From a virus (Duplodnaviria; Caudoviricetes), in the IMG/VR virus record IMGVR_UViG_3300023059_000016, positions 1 to 35,738 of that record: DNA of 35,738 nt; one strand, written 5' to 3'. Of this stretch, positions 35,586 through 35,738 are shown one piece after another (within the stretch, counting starts at the first letter, position 1; each line of letters starts with the position of its first letter). The translations under genes were made by a program, and so were the position numbers. The notes beneath the pieces were generated by a model that was not told the DNA's origin, did no database searches, and saw only the letters and a program-made list of their open reading frames with translations.

Positions 35586-35738
35586 CGATCTCAACCAGGC
35601 AGAGAAAATGGGCAGCCAATATTGGCTTTTGCCCATTTCTGTGTTTCGGCATGGAATATTGACCCCTTTAGCGGGTGAATACTTATTCAATTTTGACCCC
35701 CGCTAGATTTCATCCGAGGATCTGACTTTTAGTCAGCG

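Larger units (their letters stand above)
121..35738. mobile_element. Temperate HK97-like prophage, left part; right end not seen in the window
   Basis: tRNA-adjacent integrase, repressor with divergent operons, replication module, and HNH-terminase-portal-protease-capsid-connector order. No second att copy was seen, so boundaries are approximate. Confidence 0.95.

Overview
The window is the left ~35.6 kb of a temperate HK97-type prophage integrated at the 3' end of a tRNA-Asn gene in an alphaproteobacterium. The host is probably Brucella/Ochrobactrum or a close rhizobial relative, inferred from the Omp25/31-type gene and a cuckoo sRNA. Gene order: tRNA-Asn, tyrosine integrase, leftward early operon, CI-like repressor flanked by five 18-bp operators, and a rightward early/replication operon (AAA ATPase, HNH, SSB-like protein, beta clamp, Cas4-like nuclease with a nonsense codon, EndoVII, SF2 helicase, SNF2-like helicase, DNA methyltransferase, primase-helicase). 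These are followed by cargo genes (amidase, Omp25-family protein, frameshifted Usp, lipoprotein), a probable origin, a phage tRNA-Met, and the packaging and head genes. The prophage probably continues beyond the window. The main observation is an apparent post-transcriptional control layer over the early/middle genes. First, six unrelated proteins end in genetically encoded copies of the alphaproteobacterial tmRNA/ssrA degradation tag (ANDN...AA), three more ORFs carry internal ANDN, and eight more end in AA. Second, twelve early-region leaders share an ACACGAGGAG motif. Third, the phage carries anti-Shine-Dalgarno RNAs: a three-hairpin CCUCCUCCC cuckoo sRNA and further hairpin clusters. Product calls come from motif recognition by eye; no database search was run.
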